Assembly (NCBI GenBank): GCA_964502335.1 | Contig: CAZCWO010000006.1 | Coordinates: forward strand, 1-35,117 | DNA from: an uncultured Rhodobacterales bacterium | Lineage (GTDB): Bacteria; Pseudomonadota; Alphaproteobacteria; Puniceispirillales; GCA-002684695 | Length of the DNA: 35,117 nucleotides | Direction: 5' to 3' | Shown: one piece after another, positions 35,114-35,117 of the stretch | Layout: the number at the start of each line of letters is the position of its first letter | Position numbering within the stretch: position 1 is the first letter of the stretch | Made by a program: the position numbers and the translations under genes | The notes under the pieces: generated by a model | Databases searched by the model: none | What the model saw: the letters and a program-made list of their open reading frames with translations, nothing else | What the model was told of the DNA's origin: nothing

Positions 35114-35117
35114 ATAT

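Noticed and set aside
1-35117. Search for a prophage, genomic island, toxin-antitoxin or defence-island signature
   Set aside because: I recognised no integrase, transposase, tRNA target, flanking direct repeats, nuclease, helicase or methylase genes. By eye the composition is uniform across the window.

Overview
Strongly AT-rich, very tightly packed bacterial chromosomal segment (composition judged by eye, not computed). I count about 31 protein-coding genes, two short gene relics and one clear intrinsic terminator. I found no rRNA, tRNA, CRISPR array, transposase, integrase or recognisable transcription factor. The gene content includes a TAT-dependent TRAP transporter, methyl-group and C1 enzymes, a long-form HPF and an M32 carboxypeptidase. 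Together with overlapping gene ends, this suggests a streamlined marine alphaproteobacterium of the SAR11 type; that is inference only. All family assignments come from motifs read by eye in the translations, because no searches were possible. Two parts stand out. (1) Positions 1..8943 hold seven consecutive genes that all encode exported proteins or lipoproteins. They surround a secreted MORN-repeat peptidase-C14 (orthocaspase-like) protein and include a TPR/trypsin-like protease, a DUF4384-like protein, two lipoproteins, a repeat-bearing coiled-coil protein, and an edge-truncated ORF missing from the supplied track whose N-terminal domain is paralogous to the caspase protein's. This is my main candidate for an undescribed envelope proteolytic system. 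(2) Positions 8990..35117 are metabolic and transport genes with several oddities. Both TRAP membrane subunits are greatly extended: DctM carries a ~320-aa C-terminal coiled-coil tail and DctQ carries four extra N-terminal TM helices. A kinase is translationally coupled to an ETNPPL-like phospho-lyase. A 4-oxalocrotonate tautomerase pseudogene has multiple frameshifts. There is also a PrpD/MaoC/acyl-CoA dehydrogenase trio, a GcvT-like plus Rieske oxygenase pair, a class III cyclase with non-canonical specificity residues, and a MoxR-VWA pair.
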